From Candidatus Saccharimonadota bacterium (GTDB lineage: Bacteria; Patescibacteriota; Saccharimonadia; Saccharimonadales; Saccharimonadaceae), in NCBI RefSeq assembly GCF_025273655.1, contig NZ_CP045921.1:1049309-1081308 (forward strand): 32,000 bases of DNA, written 5' to 3'. The position numbers and the translations under genes were made by a program. Positions 1 through 9,631 of the stretch are shown one piece after another; position 1 is the stretch's first letter, and every line of letters starts with the position of its first letter. The notes under the pieces were generated by a model. It saw nothing but the letters and a program-made list of their open reading frames with translations, did not search any database and was not told the DNA's origin.

Positions 1-2
1 CA

Positions 3-2120
3 GTGGCCGATCGCAATGTCATATCCGGCAACGCTGCTAATGGTATCGGCATCACCAACCAGGCTGCCACCGGTAACAAAATCATCGGTAACTACGCTGG
101 TACTAACGCTGCCGGCACAGCTGCCATCCCCAACTACGGAGATGCTATCCTACTGAACAACAGCCAACACAACGACATAGGCGGCACGACCGGCACCACA
201 CCCGGTGGCGCATGCACCGGCTCATGTAACCTGTTCTCCGGCAATACCCACAACGGCATAGGATTCTACCTAGCAGACAACAACTCCGTGAAAGGCAATT
301 TCGTCGGGCTCAACGCAAGCGGCACCAGTGCGGTACCAAACGACGACATCGGCATCGAGTCCCAAGAAGCTGCCGGTATCACCATCGGCAATGCAACCGC
401 CGCTGGACGCAATGTGATCTCGGGCAACAAGGGCGCCGGTATCCTGCTCACTGGTAGTGCCACCACTGGTAACGTCGTAGCAGGCAATTTCGTCGGCACC
501 AACTCCGCTGGTACTGGTGCTGTCGGTAACTACAGTATCGGCATTAGCGTCGGTAACTCACCGGGCCTGGGCAACGGCTACGCACGAAACAACACTATTG
601 GCGGCACGGTTGACGCAGCCATACCATGTAGCGCAGCATCAACGCCATGTAATGTCATCTCAGGTAACGGCCAAAACGGTATGATTCTATCTGGTGGATC
701 AGGGACTGGCAATCTCGTGCTCAGTAACCATATCGGTCTCGACATCAACGGCGCGTCAAACGCCAATGTGCGCAACGGTATGGACGGTATTGGGATCCTC
801 AATTCGCCCAACAACACTATCGGCAATGACCTGGGCACTGGTCGCAACTACATCGGTGCCAATGGTGGAGCTGGTATCGTAACAGCAGGCGACGCTACCG
901 ATACCAACACAATCGCTGGCAATTATATCGGCCGTACCCGCGACGGCTACTCGGGCAATGCACAGGGTGGTGTGGTGCTATGGGGCGGCTACAATATCGC
1001 CATCGTCGGCAACTCGATCGGTGAAAACGGTGGCTATGGTATAGATATCGACGGTAACAAGGTCAGCCAGAATGATGCGGGTGACGGAGATGCCGGCGTG
1101 AATCACCATCAGAACTTCCCCGATGTATACTCGGTACGCAACAACGTCGGTTCGTCGACCACTACCACTGTGAGCGGTATGATGAGTAGTGCGCCAAACA
1201 AACAATACCGCATAGACTTCTTCAACAGCGCAGGCTGCAACGCAGGTAAGCCAGACAACTACGGCGAGGGTAATTCATATGTCGGCTCACAGATTGTCGG
1301 CACCGACCAGTTTGGCAATATCTCATTCTCATACCAAACCCCCACAACACTGCCGGGCAACACATATCTCACCACTACTGCTACGCTCATGGACGGTTCG
1401 TCGCCACGAGAAACCTCCGAGTTTTCCAAATGTCGCGTTGTTAACGCCTCCAAGCCTGCCGTGTCAAATGGTGCCAACTGGCTACTCAAAGACGATCTCA
1501 CCGAGGGTGTACAGGATCAGCAGTTTGGCTATGGATTCCCGCCCAACATGCTACTGTGCGCGTGGGATCCCGCCAAACCAGGCACTAAGCTACCAGTGGT
1601 AGTATCTGGCAACACGTGGTTTTTCCGTGCTAGCTACACTACGGGTGTCGCCGACAAGGTTGTGTCGTACGGCCCCGCCAACGGCAAACCAGTCTGTGGT
1701 GACTGGAATGGCGACGGGATCGACACCATCGGCATGGTCGACCCCGCCATGCGCTGGACACTCCGTAACAGCAACGACGGTGGCCCAGCCAATGCCGATT
1801 TCCAGTATGGCGGTGCGGGTATCCCTGTCGTCGGTGACTGGAATGGCGACGGCCGTGACACCATCGGCGTGTTCGAAACCGACACTAGCTCTTGGCGACT
1901 GCGCAACGAAAACAACTCCGGCGTACCAGACTATTCGTTCCAGTACGGCGGCCTCGGCACCTACCCGGTCGTCGGCAACTGGAACGGCGGTAGTTCCGAC
2001 GGGATCGGCACCTACAACCCGGGCAACGGCGAGTGGTCGCTCCGCAACACGCTCAGTGGCGGCCCCGTCAATACACACTACTACTTCGGCCAGTCAAACC
2101 CCCGACCGATGATCTGGTAG
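3..2120 (+). CDS. Large secreted/surface repeat protein, 5'-truncated by the window edge: parallel beta-helix repeats followed by FG-GAP/VCBS-like repeats
   Basis: The ORF is open to the window start, so it is 5' partial. The first ~370 aa are imperfect turns with NVISGN / GNxIG / NTIGG signatures typical of right-handed parallel beta-helix (PbH1/CASH-like) repeats. The last ~190 aa carry 3-4 repeats of GDWNGDGxDTIG followed by W(T/R/S)LRN (FG-GAP/VCBS-like). Stop TAG at 2118-2120. Confidence 0.8.
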   Translation: MADRNVISGNAANGIGITNQAATGNKIIGNYAGTNAAGTAAIPNYGDAILLNNSQHNDIGGTTGTTPGGACTGSCNLFSGNTHNGIGFYLADNNSVKGNFVGLNASGTSAVPNDDIGIESQEAAGITIGNATAAGRNVISGNKGAGILLTGSATTGNVVAGNFVGTNSAGTGAVGNYSIGISVGNSPGLGNGYARNNTIGGTVDAAIPCSAASTPCNVISGNGQNGMILSGGSGTGNLVLSNHIGLDINGASNANVRNGMDGIGILNSPNNTIGNDLGTGRNYIGANGGAGIVTAGDATDTNTIAGNYIGRTRDGYSGNAQGGVVLWGGYNIAIVGNSIGENGGYGIDIDGNKVSQNDAGDGDAGVNHHQNFPDVYSVRNNVGSSTTTTVSGMMSSAPNKQYRIDFFNSAGCNAGKPDNYGEGNSYVGSQIVGTDQFGNISFSYQTPTTLPGNTYLTTTATLMDGSSPRETSEFSKCRVVNASKPAVSNGANWLLKDDLTEGVQDQQFGYGFPPNMLLCAWDPAKPGTKLPVVVSGNTWFFRASYTTGVADKVVSYGPANGKPVCGDWNGDGIDTIGMVDPAMRWTLRNSNDGGPANADFQYGGAGIPVVGDWNGDGRDTIGVFETDTSSWRLRNENNSGVPDYSFQYGGLGTYPVVGNWNGGSSDGIGTYNPGNGEWSLRNTLSGGPVNTHYYFGQSNPRPMIW
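1680..2090 (+). repeat. Intragenic tandem coding repeats (~135-nt period) encoding the GDWNGDG units
   Basis: An exact 20-nt duplicate GGTGACTGGAATGGCGACGG occurs at 1698-1717 and 1833-1852, 135 nt (45 codons) apart. A diverged third copy GGCAACTGGAACGGCGG lies at 1974-1990. Confidence 0.75.
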
Positions 2121-2133
2121 TTACGCACAGAGA

Positions 2134-2670
2134 TTAGTTTGCCGCCAAAAACATATCTACGATACGAGGAATCATGATCCTATGATGAGTGATAGTGCGC
2201 TCCGGAAGCGCGTCAACTGGCCAAAATTTTCCTTCTTGTATCTCGTCGTCGCTGACATCAGTTACGAAATAAAACATGTGATTTAGTTCTTTTGCACGCC
2301 TGGAATCACCAAAACGAAGCCCCGCATACTCAATCTCGTCTATAGGCTTGACGACTCCATGCATTTCATCACGTAGCACTCTTTCCCTACAACTTGGGAA
2401 GTCCTGTCCTTCGGCATCCGATGCCCGAATTATCGTGCCAGTCATGTGCCATTCGCCCGGCCAGAAAGGATCATCTTTTGGACGCTGAGTCAGGAGTACT
2501 TCAGTGATACCCTGATTTACACGTATAGCCAAGAGCTCGTATGACGGCTGTGTTATCTTGGCGCTCACGGCGATAAACAAGTCGAAAGGAAGGTATCCTC
2601 GCGGCAATCTATTGAGCGTGTCTACCGCTTGACTAATCTCTTCATTGCTAGGTCGGTTTGTAGTGTCCAT
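2134..2670 (-). CDS. Nudix-fold-like hydrolase with a degenerate Nudix box
   Basis: The track ORF (to 2685) begins at a TTG; the first ATG (MDTTNRPS...) is at 2670. The segment WPGEWHMTGTIIRASDAEGQDFPSCRERVLRDEMHGV resembles the Nudix signature GX5EX7REUXEEXGU but carries insertions. There is no SD. A TATTAT box ends 6 nt before the ATG. Confidence 0.5.
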   Translation of the reverse strand: MDTTNRPSNEEISQAVDTLNRLPRGYLPFDLFIAVSAKITQPSYELLAIRVNQGITEVLLTQRPKDDPFWPGEWHMTGTIIRASDAEGQDFPSCRERVLRDEMHGVVKPIDEIEYAGLRFGDSRRAKELNHMFYFVTDVSDDEIQEGKFWPVDALPERTITHHRIMIPRIVDMFLAAN

Positions 2671-2672
2671 AA

Positions 2673-2681
2673 TGATATAAT
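2673..2681 (+). promoter_or_regulatory. Extended -10 promoter element (TGATATAAT) for the rmlCD-rmlA operon
   Basis: TGATATAAT at 2673-2681 is a perfect TGnTATAAT. It is followed by SD AAGGAGG (2695-2701) and ATG 2716. No convincing -35 was seen. Confidence 0.4.
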
Positions 2682-2715
2682 ACAAGGAGCATTAAAGGAG
2701 GTGCAAGTACGGGAA

Positions 2716-4131
2716 ATGGCAGATATATCTTCAGAAATTGAATTCAATAAACAACTCAAATCATACGAAACATCTATCGATGGACTCGTTGTATATGATC
2801 TGCCTGTCTTCGGTGATAATCGCGGCTGGTTCAAGGAGAACTGGCAACGCGAGAAGATGACTGCCGTCGGCCTGCCTGATTTTGGGCCAGTCCAAAACAA
2901 CTTTAGCTTCAACGATAAGCGCGGTGTGGCACGCGGTATCCACGCCGAACCATGGGATAAGTATGTTTCACTTGGTAGTGGCCGTATCTTCGGTTTCTGG
3001 GTCGACATCCGCGAAGGCAGCGCTACCTATGGCGAGCATTTCACTGTCGAACTTGATCCGTCCAAAGCCATTTTCGTCCCCCGCGGCGTGGCCAACGGCT
3101 ACCAAACGCTCGAAGACAACACCGTCTATAGCTACCTGGTCAACGACCATTGGTCGCCGGACGCTCAGTACTCGTTCGTGAGTATGTTCGACGAGTCGAT
3201 TGGCATCGACTGGCCGATTCCGCTCAGCGAGTGCGAAATCTCCGACAAAGACAAAAATCATCCGAACCTCGCTGATGCTGTGGCGATCAAACCCAAGAAA
3301 ACCCTCATAGTCGGAGCCAATGGGCAACTAGGTCGTGCGCTTCAGGTTCTATACCCAGAGGCAGAGTGTGTTGACCGTGATTCTCTCGACATCTCTTCGC
3401 CAGATGTCTTCACCGCTCGTCGCTGGCGTGATTATGGTACAATCCTGAACGCAGCAGCCTATACGGCTGTCGACCTAGCCGAGACGGAGCAGGGTCGCCG
3501 CGACGCCTGGACTGCCAATGCCACCGCTGTTGCTAACCTTGCTCGCATCGCTACCGAATACGGCATCACGCTCGTCCACGTCTCGAGCGATTACGTATTT
3601 GATGGCACAGCCGAGCAGCACACGGAGGATGAGGACTTCGCACCGCTGGGCGTCTACGGACAGAGCAAAGCCGCCGGAGATATCGTTGTCAGCACCACTC
3701 CGTGCCACTACATCGCTCGCACTAGTTGGGTTATCGGCGACGGTAACAATTTCGTACGCACCATGAATTCGTTGGCTGAAAAGGGTATCAAACCAAGCGT
3801 CGTCAGCGATCAAATTGGACGTCTCACATTTACCGAGGACTTAGCCGCTGGTATTAAGCATCTCCTCGACAATAAGGCACCGTTTGGCACCTACAACATA
3901 AGTAATGATGGTGAGCCAGCCAGCTGGGCTGATATCGCAGCTGAAGTCTACGAGCTGAGCGGTAAGTCCCGTGACGATGTCACACAAGTCACCACCGAGC
4001 AATATTACGAGGGTAAGACAGGTATTGCCCCTCGCCCGTTGCAAAGTACGCTCAATCTTGAGAAAATAAAAGCTACAGGCTTCGCTCCGCGTGAGTGGAA
4101 GACCGCACTAACAGAGTATTTGGAGAAATAA
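2716..4131 (+). CDS. rmlCD: Bifunctional dTDP-4-dehydrorhamnose 3,5-epimerase / dTDP-4-dehydrorhamnose reductase (RmlC-RmlD fusion)
   Basis: The N-terminal half has the RmlC cupin signature ([18 protein letters not shown] ... HAEPWDKYV ... [14 protein letters not shown]). From about nt 3298 the RmlD Rossmann signature begins ([15 protein letters not shown] ... [12 protein letters not shown] ... YGQSKAAGD). The track start 2629 is a TTG that overlaps the divergent gene. ATG 2716 lies downstream of AAGGAGG. Confidence 0.9.
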   Translation: MADISSEIEFNKQLKSYETSIDGLVVYDLPVFGDNRGWFKENWQREKMTAVGLPDFGPVQNNFSFNDKRGVARGIHAEPWDKYVSLGSGRIFGFWVDIREGSATYGEHFTVELDPSKAIFVPRGVANGYQTLEDNTVYSYLVNDHWSPDAQYSFVSMFDESIGIDWPIPLSECEISDKDKNHPNLADAVAIKPKKTLIVGANGQLGRALQVLYPEAECVDRDSLDISSPDVFTARRWRDYGTILNAAAYTAVDLAETEQGRRDAWTANATAVANLARIATEYGITLVHVSSDYVFDGTAEQHTEDEDFAPLGVYGQSKAAGDIVVSTTPCHYIARTSWVIGDGNNFVRTMNSLAEKGIKPSVVSDQIGRLTFTEDLAAGIKHLLDNKAPFGTYNISNDGEPASWADIAAEVYELSGKSRDDVTQVTTEQYYEGKTGIAPRPLQSTLNLEKIKATGFAPREWKTALTEYLEK

Positions 4132-4141
4132 AGGAGTTTTT

Positions 4142-4984
4142 ATGAAGGGTATTATTCTCGCAGGTGGATCCGGCACACGTTTGTGGCCTATTACAAAAGG
4201 TATTAGTAAGCAGCTGATGCCGATTTATGACAAGCCGATGATTTATTATCCGCTGACAACACTGATGTCGGCCGGTATTCGCGACATTCTCATTATCACA
4301 ACCCCCCACGACCAGGCTGCATTTCAGAATCTGCTTGGTGACGGTTCACAGTGGGGTATTTCACTTCAATACGCCGCACAACCAAGCCCAGACGGCCTAG
4401 CCCAAGCTTTCACTATTGGCGAGGAGTTCATTGGCGGCGACAAGGTAGCCATGATTCTAGGTGATAACATCTTCTATGGTATCGGCCTCGACAAACAGCT
4501 TCAAAAGCTCACGGATGTCGATGGTGCTGTCGGTTTCGCTGCCGAGGTAGAAGACCCTCACCGTTACGGCGTCTACGAGTTCGACGAGAACATGAAGGCA
4601 ATCTCGATCGAGGAAAAACCAGCCAATCCAAAATCCAACTACGCCAATGCAGGCCTATACTTCTGCGACAATGACGTGGTAGAGATTGCCAAAAATGTCC
4701 AACCAAGCGAGCGCGGCGAAGTAGAGATTACATCTGTACTCGATGCCTATCTGCAGCGTGGTAAATTAAGTGTTTCCCTGTTCGACGACGTCTGGCTCGA
4801 TACCGGCACGATTGACAGCATGACCGACGCAGCCGATTTCGTGAAAGTCATTCAGAAGCGCACCGGCCGCATCATCGCAAGCCCAGAACAAACCGCCTAC
4901 GAACAAGGTTTCATCACCCGCGAACAGCTCGACGAACTCGCCGTCCCGCTGAAGAAATCAGGCTACGGCAACTACCTCGCCTAG
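4142..4984 (+). CDS. rmlA: Glucose-1-phosphate thymidylyltransferase
   Basis: The N-terminus [38 protein letters not shown] is the classic RmlA/RfbA signature. SD AGGAG at 4132-4136 sits 5 nt before the ATG, and the gene starts 10 nt after the rmlCD stop. Confidence 0.95.
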   Translation: MKGIILAGGSGTRLWPITKGISKQLMPIYDKPMIYYPLTTLMSAGIRDILIITTPHDQAAFQNLLGDGSQWGISLQYAAQPSPDGLAQAFTIGEEFIGGDKVAMILGDNIFYGIGLDKQLQKLTDVDGAVGFAAEVEDPHRYGVYEFDENMKAISIEEKPANPKSNYANAGLYFCDNDVVEIAKNVQPSERGEVEITSVLDAYLQRGKLSVSLFDDVWLDTGTIDSMTDAADFVKVIQKRTGRIIASPEQTAYEQGFITREQLDELAVPLKKSGYGNYLA

Positions 4985-5000
4985 CAACAAGACCCTTTAA

Positions 5001-5029
5001 AACCTCTCGGTCAACCTGAGAGGTTTTTT
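5001..5029. terminator. Bidirectional rho-independent terminator between convergent rmlA and the GT-C-like gene
   Basis: Stem AACCTCTC (5001-5008) pairs with GAGAGGTT (5018-5025) around a 9-nt loop. A T-run follows on the + strand (5024-5029), and TTTT(AAA) follows on the - strand. Confidence 0.7.
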
Positions 5030-6410
5030 AGTGTGAAGTTTTACGCAAGATTGAGCGCGGTGCATTTCGAACCACAAACCACACAAATAGGACACTAATA
5101 CTAGTAGCTAACATACTCCAGTAGAGAAATCTCGCATCTGTGACGATACTACCCGGTGCATACGACAGAATATTGAGCATCGACGACGCTAGCATCACTA
5201 TGATTGGTGAATATAGTGTACTCCTACGGTGTCTGCGTGTGATATAGACGGCACACAACAGGCTCACTGCGACCCAAAACCACGCTGCGTATATAAACCT
5301 GAAATTGGCGTAACCAAAGTTGACAGTGTAGGAATACAGGATTGACTGTGTCGCCCTACTCGTGAGTTTGGTTTCGTCTTGCCGCGGGAAGACCATCTGC
5401 GACTCGTCCGGGAACAAGAACTGCATATATGTCTCGACTTTTTGCGCCATATACCTTGCAGGATGCTGTGATACCACCTGTGTCCAGTACCGTACCAGCT
5501 CTCGGCGTACGTGTGCATCATGAAAACCAGTTTCGTTCTTGAAACCACCTGAGCACTCTTCCCATGTAGCAAGTTTGGTCTGCGGTTGTGCGTACAGCGA
5601 ACAGCCCGATATGCGCACGAGCTTGTCTCTGACATTCGCAGGTGCGGTGCGCTGTATCTCATCGCTCGGGACAATATTCACGATATCCAGCGCATACATT
5701 GTCACAGTCGAAGAGCTTTTGTATGCATGTGTCATATACCCAAGCAGACTTACAAAGATAAGTGAACCGATCGCTATACCTACCGTGACACCGCTCACCA
5801 TCAAGCTGCGGCGCTTACTACCTTGCGGCAACAATGTATCTGCATAAAGCCACATGAGTGGTAGTACCGCGGCCACCGCGTTGACGCGCAGTGCAATTGC
5901 ATAGATAAGTAGCAGCGGGGTTATGGTGGCAATAGATATGCGCAACCATCGAGCTGTAATATACTCCGTACGAAGCAACCACGTCAGCGACGCCGCGAGC
6001 AGCAATGCAGTTCCCATCTGAGTATCTTTCCAGAGTACCCCACTCACTGCCAATACACTCGGCACAAAGGCCAAAGCAAATACGGCCAGCGCCTTGGCGA
6101 CACTCCTAGTGCGACCAAACATCAACGCAGCGAACACATAGAGTCCTGACCACAAAAACACTTGCTGTAATAGCAACAATCCGCTGTCGTTGCCGCCCAT
6201 GACATATATCAGCCCTGACCACACCAGGGCCATTGCGATAGGATGCCATGTGTCAAGCTGGCAATCGCCTGTCGCCTGGCAGAGTTGCCATACCGTATCA
6301 GTGGTGCGCATGCCGGGGTAGAACAGCAGTATCGAGACGAAGAGACCCACCATAGCGGCAACCAATAACCACCACTGCCGCCAAATCGCAGTATTGCCCC
6401 TCTGAATCAT
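5028..6410 (-). CDS. Polytopic membrane protein, GT-C-type glycosyltransferase candidate (family unassigned)
   Basis: 460 aa with about 10 or more hydrophobic helices. The first external loop carries acidic and aromatic residues ([15 protein letters not shown]...[10 protein letters not shown]), as in ArnT/PMT-like GT-C enzymes. Its ATG 6410 overlaps the GtrA stop (ATGA at 6407-6410). Confidence 0.6.
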   Translation of the reverse strand: MIQRGNTAIWRQWWLLVAAMVGLFVSILLFYPGMRTTDTVWQLCQATGDCQLDTWHPIAMALVWSGLIYVMGGNDSGLLLLQQVFLWSGLYVFAALMFGRTRSVAKALAVFALAFVPSVLAVSGVLWKDTQMGTALLLAASLTWLLRTEYITARWLRISIATITPLLLIYAIALRVNAVAAVLPLMWLYADTLLPQGSKRRSLMVSGVTVGIAIGSLIFVSLLGYMTHAYKSSSTVTMYALDIVNIVPSDEIQRTAPANVRDKLVRISGCSLYAQPQTKLATWEECSGGFKNETGFHDAHVRRELVRYWTQVVSQHPARYMAQKVETYMQFLFPDESQMVFPRQDETKLTSRATQSILYSYTVNFGYANFRFIYAAWFWVAVSLLCAVYITRRHRRSTLYSPIIVMLASSMLNILSYAPGSIVTDARFLYWSMLATSISVLFVWFVVRNAPRSILRKTSH

Positions 6411-6862
6411 TGCGTCATTGCACCGCCAGCTAGTTTAGCGAAGAGCAGCCTACGCAGACTAAAGCTCCAGAACACAACAATCGCGACAGATATCAGTTTG
6501 CCGATGAGGTAGAAAATATGGAACTGCTCAACCGTTACCCATAGTATCAAGCCGTTAAGCAATAGTCCCCCAAAACCAATGAGTGAAAAAAGTAGGAACT
6601 CTGTCTTCTTCTTGTCCGAGCTTTCAAACACCCATAGAATACTCAGAAAATAGTTCACAATCGTACCCAATATAAACGCCAAAAATGCCGATACAAGGTA
6701 GTGAATATGAAGATGCGAAGTAAATATATAGAGACTACCTATATCTACTAATGCAGAAAAGCCGCCCACAAATATATAGCGAAACAGCTGTATCAGCCCA
6801 TGTTGTGAACGATCCACAAACAGTAGATTGTAATACTCACCAATCGTGCGTCGCTTGGTCAT
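6407..6862 (-). CDS. GtrA-family membrane protein (polyprenyl-phosphate-sugar translocation associated)
   Basis: [22 protein letters not shown] plus four TM helices is the GtrA-like signature. The track start 6871 is a GTG. ATG 6862 forms an ATGA overlap with the upstream SDR stop (6859-6861). Confidence 0.85.
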   Translation of the reverse strand: MTKRRTIGEYYNLLFVDRSQHGLIQLFRYIFVGGFSALVDIGSLYIFTSHLHIHYLVSAFLAFILGTIVNYFLSILWVFESSDKKKTEFLLFSLIGFGGLLLNGLILWVTVEQFHIFYLIGKLISVAIVVFWSFSLRRLLFAKLAGGAMTQ

Positions 6863-7902
6863 GACATCCACTTGAGAAGGCGAATCACACCCATTTTGGC
6901 CGCTTGGTTGTGTGCGGACACATCTTTACGATTCTCGATCTCTTTGCGGTTCTTGTGGTAGTAGGCGTAGGCTCTCTGGAGCATTTCACTATTAGTGAGT
7001 GTTGGCTTCCAGCCCAGCTCTTTCTTGATCCTTGAGGTGTCAAATACGAAACTTTCGGCGATCATCTTGTACTGATATGGACCGAGTGGTGACAGTCTAA
7101 GGAAGTACGCCACTTGCATGGCAGGGATGGCGATCCAACGGGGAAAATTGGCGACGCGCGCTTTCGAGTCTGTCTGCTTAATGACATATTCGTATGCTTC
7201 GCCAAACGTCGGCACGTCGTCCGAACCGATGTTGAAAATATTCGATTTGCTGTACGACAACGACTTCACGAACGCATCTACAAGATCCTGGGCATAGATA
7301 AACTGGTAGCGGTTTTTGCCGCCACCGACAACCCATACTTTCCTGTCTTCGTCGATAAATTCGAACAGGATAGCGAGCAGCCCCAGGCGTCCCGCATCGA
7401 TGATAGTCGGGCAGCGGAACATGATCGCATGAAAATCGTCTGTGTATTCATTCAAAATGTTTTCGCCTTCGAGTTTTGAGCGTCCGTATATCTCTACTGG
7501 GTTTGGCTCATCTGTCTCGAGCACTGGCCGATCGAAGCTTTCGCCCCACAAACAGTTCGACGATGTAAATACTACACGCTCGATACCAAATTTCTTCGCC
7601 AACTCCGCGACGTTGCGCGTGCCGTCAACATTACTCTCCCATAAGAACTGCTTGTCCTTGACGGCATGCGCTAGCATGGCAGCCACGTGGAATATCGCGT
7701 CGAATTTGTACTGCGTTGCGATCTTCTCAAGTAACTCCATGTCGCGTATATCACCCTGGTACGCAGTAAAATGAGGATGCGTAAATGTGTCCTTTTCGAT
7801 ATCAACGGATACGACTGTATAGTCTTTGTCGAGCAGTTCTTTTTTGAGTAGAGAGCCAAAAAAGCCAGCCCCTCCCGTGATCAAAATTGTCTTTTTCTTC
7901 AT
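6859..7902 (-). CDS. NAD-dependent epimerase/dehydratase (extended SDR)
   Basis: [17 protein letters not shown] is the Rossmann motif, and the YxxxK catalytic motif is YGRSK. The track start 7998 is a TTG. ATG 7902 is preceded by GGAG with a 7-nt spacer; ATG 7914 is an alternative. Confidence 0.85.
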   Translation of the reverse strand: MKKKTILITGGAGFFGSLLKKELLDKDYTVVSVDIEKDTFTHPHFTAYQGDIRDMELLEKIATQYKFDAIFHVAAMLAHAVKDKQFLWESNVDGTRNVAELAKKFGIERVVFTSSNCLWGESFDRPVLETDEPNPVEIYGRSKLEGENILNEYTDDFHAIMFRCPTIIDAGRLGLLAILFEFIDEDRKVWVVGGGKNRYQFIYAQDLVDAFVKSLSYSKSNIFNIGSDDVPTFGEAYEYVIKQTDSKARVANFPRWIAIPAMQVAYFLRLSPLGPYQYKMIAESFVFDTSRIKKELGWKPTLTNSEMLQRAYAYYHKNRKEIENRKDVSAHNQAAKMGVIRLLKWMS

Positions 7903-8034
7903 ACTAGTCTCCATTCTACCATAAGTACGGTGTGCTATATCGGCCAAATAACTACCCGAACGAGTAGAAAATATGGTATGGTAGAAGTAATAAATCAAAC
8001 AACCTTAAGGTTTAGCGAGAGATTAGGATAGGAC

Positions 8035-9612
8035 ATGACGAAACAAAAGACTGCCATCATTATTGGTGCCGGCCCTGCAGGCCTCACAGCCGCACTAGAG
8101 CTGATCAAAAACACCGATATCAAACCAATCGTATTTGAGGCCTCAAACGATATCGGTGGTATCTCAAAAACAGTAAACTACAAAGGCAACCGTATCGATA
8201 TCGGCGGTCACCGCTTCTTCTCCAAGTCTGACACTGTGATGAAATGGTGGAACGACATCCTGCCAATCGAAAACACACCTGCGTCCAAAACGTTCATCAT
8301 GAAATACCGTGGCCAACAAGGCACGCTCAAAGGCGGCAAGGGCCCGAATCCAGACAAGACAGACGATGTAATGCTTGTACGCAGCCGCCTGAGCCGCATC
8401 TACTATGGCCGCAAGTTCTACGACTATCCAGTCTCGCTCAGCAAAAGCACCGTCAAAAACCTCGGCCCAAAGAAAATTGCCAAAATCGGCTATGGCTATG
8501 CTGCCACCAAGTTCCGCAAAGAAGACGAATCCAATCTAGAGGGCTTCTACATCAATCGTTTCGGCAAGGAACTCTACAACACCTTCTTTGCCAGCTACAC
8601 AGAGAAACTCTGGGGTGTTCCACCAAAAGAGATCGACTCTAGCTGGGGCGCACAGCGCGTCAAGGGTTTGTCGGTATCAAAAGTCATGCTCAACGCCGTC
8701 AAACCAAAGAAAAAAGCTGATATTAGCCAGAAAAACGTCGAGACAAGCCTGATCGAATCATTCCTCTATCCTAAACTTGGCCCTGGCCACATGTGGGAAA
8801 CGGTCGCCAAGATGGTAAAGAAGGGCGGCGGCGAAGTCCGCATGAACCAAGTCATCACCAAAATCCACGCCAAAGACGGCAAGATCGTAGCTGTTGATGT
8901 ACACGACTACAAAACAAAGAAGACCACCAAAGTCACTGGTGACTACTTCTTCTCGACCATGCCAGTCAACGAGCTGATCGCTGCGTTCGACGGCGTCAAG
9001 GTGCCAGCCGATGTCAAGCGTGTCGCCAAAGGTCTGCCGTTCCGCGACTTCATCACGGTGGGTATCCTAGCTAACAAGCTCAAGATCGCCAACCATACCG
9101 AACGCAAGACGAAGAATAACATCGTGCCCGACAACTGGATCTATATCCAAGAACCAGATGTAAAAGTGTGCCGATTGCAAATCTTCAACAACTGGAGCCC
9201 GTACCTCATCAAAGACCAAGATCAGATCTGGGTAGGCATGGAATACGTGGTAAGCGAAAAAGATGATGTCTGGAAAAAGAGCGACAAAGACATGGCGGAA
9301 TTTGGTATCAAAGAGCTCGAGAAGATCGATATTCTCGATCCAAAAGAGGTGCTCGATACAACTGTAATCAAACTCAAGAAGACCTATCCTGCGTACTTCG
9401 GCACCTACCAAGAGTTCGACAAGGTCAAAGACTTCACTGACGAGTTCGACAACCTCTACCTCATTGGTCGCAACGGTCAGCACCGCTATAACAACCAAGA
9501 CCATTCCATGCTCACTGCCATCGCCGCAGTCGACAACATCAAGACGGGCCGCAAAGACAAAGAAAACGTCTGGAACGTCAACGTCGAAAAAGAGTATCAC
9601 GAGTCAAAATAG
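8035..9612 (+). CDS. FAD-dependent oxidoreductase (amine-oxidase / UDP-galactopyranose-mutase-like Rossmann class)
   Basis: The N-terminus is [18 protein letters not shown]...[10 protein letters not shown]...IDIGGHRFF (GxGxxG dinucleotide fold plus GG motif). The protein is 525 aa with no TM segments and is divergent from the SDR-GtrA-GT-C operon. Confidence 0.8.
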   Translation: MTKQKTAIIIGAGPAGLTAALELIKNTDIKPIVFEASNDIGGISKTVNYKGNRIDIGGHRFFSKSDTVMKWWNDILPIENTPASKTFIMKYRGQQGTLKGGKGPNPDKTDDVMLVRSRLSRIYYGRKFYDYPVSLSKSTVKNLGPKKIAKIGYGYAATKFRKEDESNLEGFYINRFGKELYNTFFASYTEKLWGVPPKEIDSSWGAQRVKGLSVSKVMLNAVKPKKKADISQKNVETSLIESFLYPKLGPGHMWETVAKMVKKGGGEVRMNQVITKIHAKDGKIVAVDVHDYKTKKTTKVTGDYFFSTMPVNELIAAFDGVKVPADVKRVAKGLPFRDFITVGILANKLKIANHTERKTKNNIVPDNWIYIQEPDVKVCRLQIFNNWSPYLIKDQDQIWVGMEYVVSEKDDVWKKSDKDMAEFGIKELEKIDILDPKEVLDTTVIKLKKTYPAYFGTYQEFDKVKDFTDEFDNLYLIGRNGQHRYNNQDHSMLTAIAAVDNIKTGRKDKENVWNVNVEKEYHESK

Positions 9613-9631
9613 AAATCCTATAGACTCCCAT

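Noticed and set aside
1590-2112. Overlapping 161-162-aa ORFs on both strands in the FG-GAP repeat region
   Set aside because: They are alternative-frame or antisense readings of GC-rich repeat DNA. Only the frame giving GDWNGDG repeats is continuous with the 705-aa ORF.
2629-2715. N-terminal extensions implied by the ORF track (2629 for rmlCD, 2685 for the Nudix-like gene, 7998 for the SDR, 25514 for the GT, 19466 for Wzt, 6871 for GtrA)
   Set aside because: Reading the DNA shows these track starts are TTG or GTG codons that overlap neighbouring or divergent genes. Downstream ATG/GTG codons have SD sequences or ATGA/GTGA coupling and fit better.
6859-7902. The SDR as the missing RmlB (dTDP-glucose 4,6-dehydratase)
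   Set aside because: The catalytic context reads YGRSK. The overall motifs resemble generic UDP-sugar epimerase-like SDRs rather than the RmlB pattern I recall. The gene is coupled to GtrA/GT-C genes, not to the rml operon. This cannot be excluded without an alignment.
9067-9600. 177-aa minus-strand ORF inside the FAD oxidoreductase gene
   Set aside because: Its Asp/Glu/Val/Phe-rich sequence is the mirror of the Lys-rich sense gene. It has no motifs and no independent signals.
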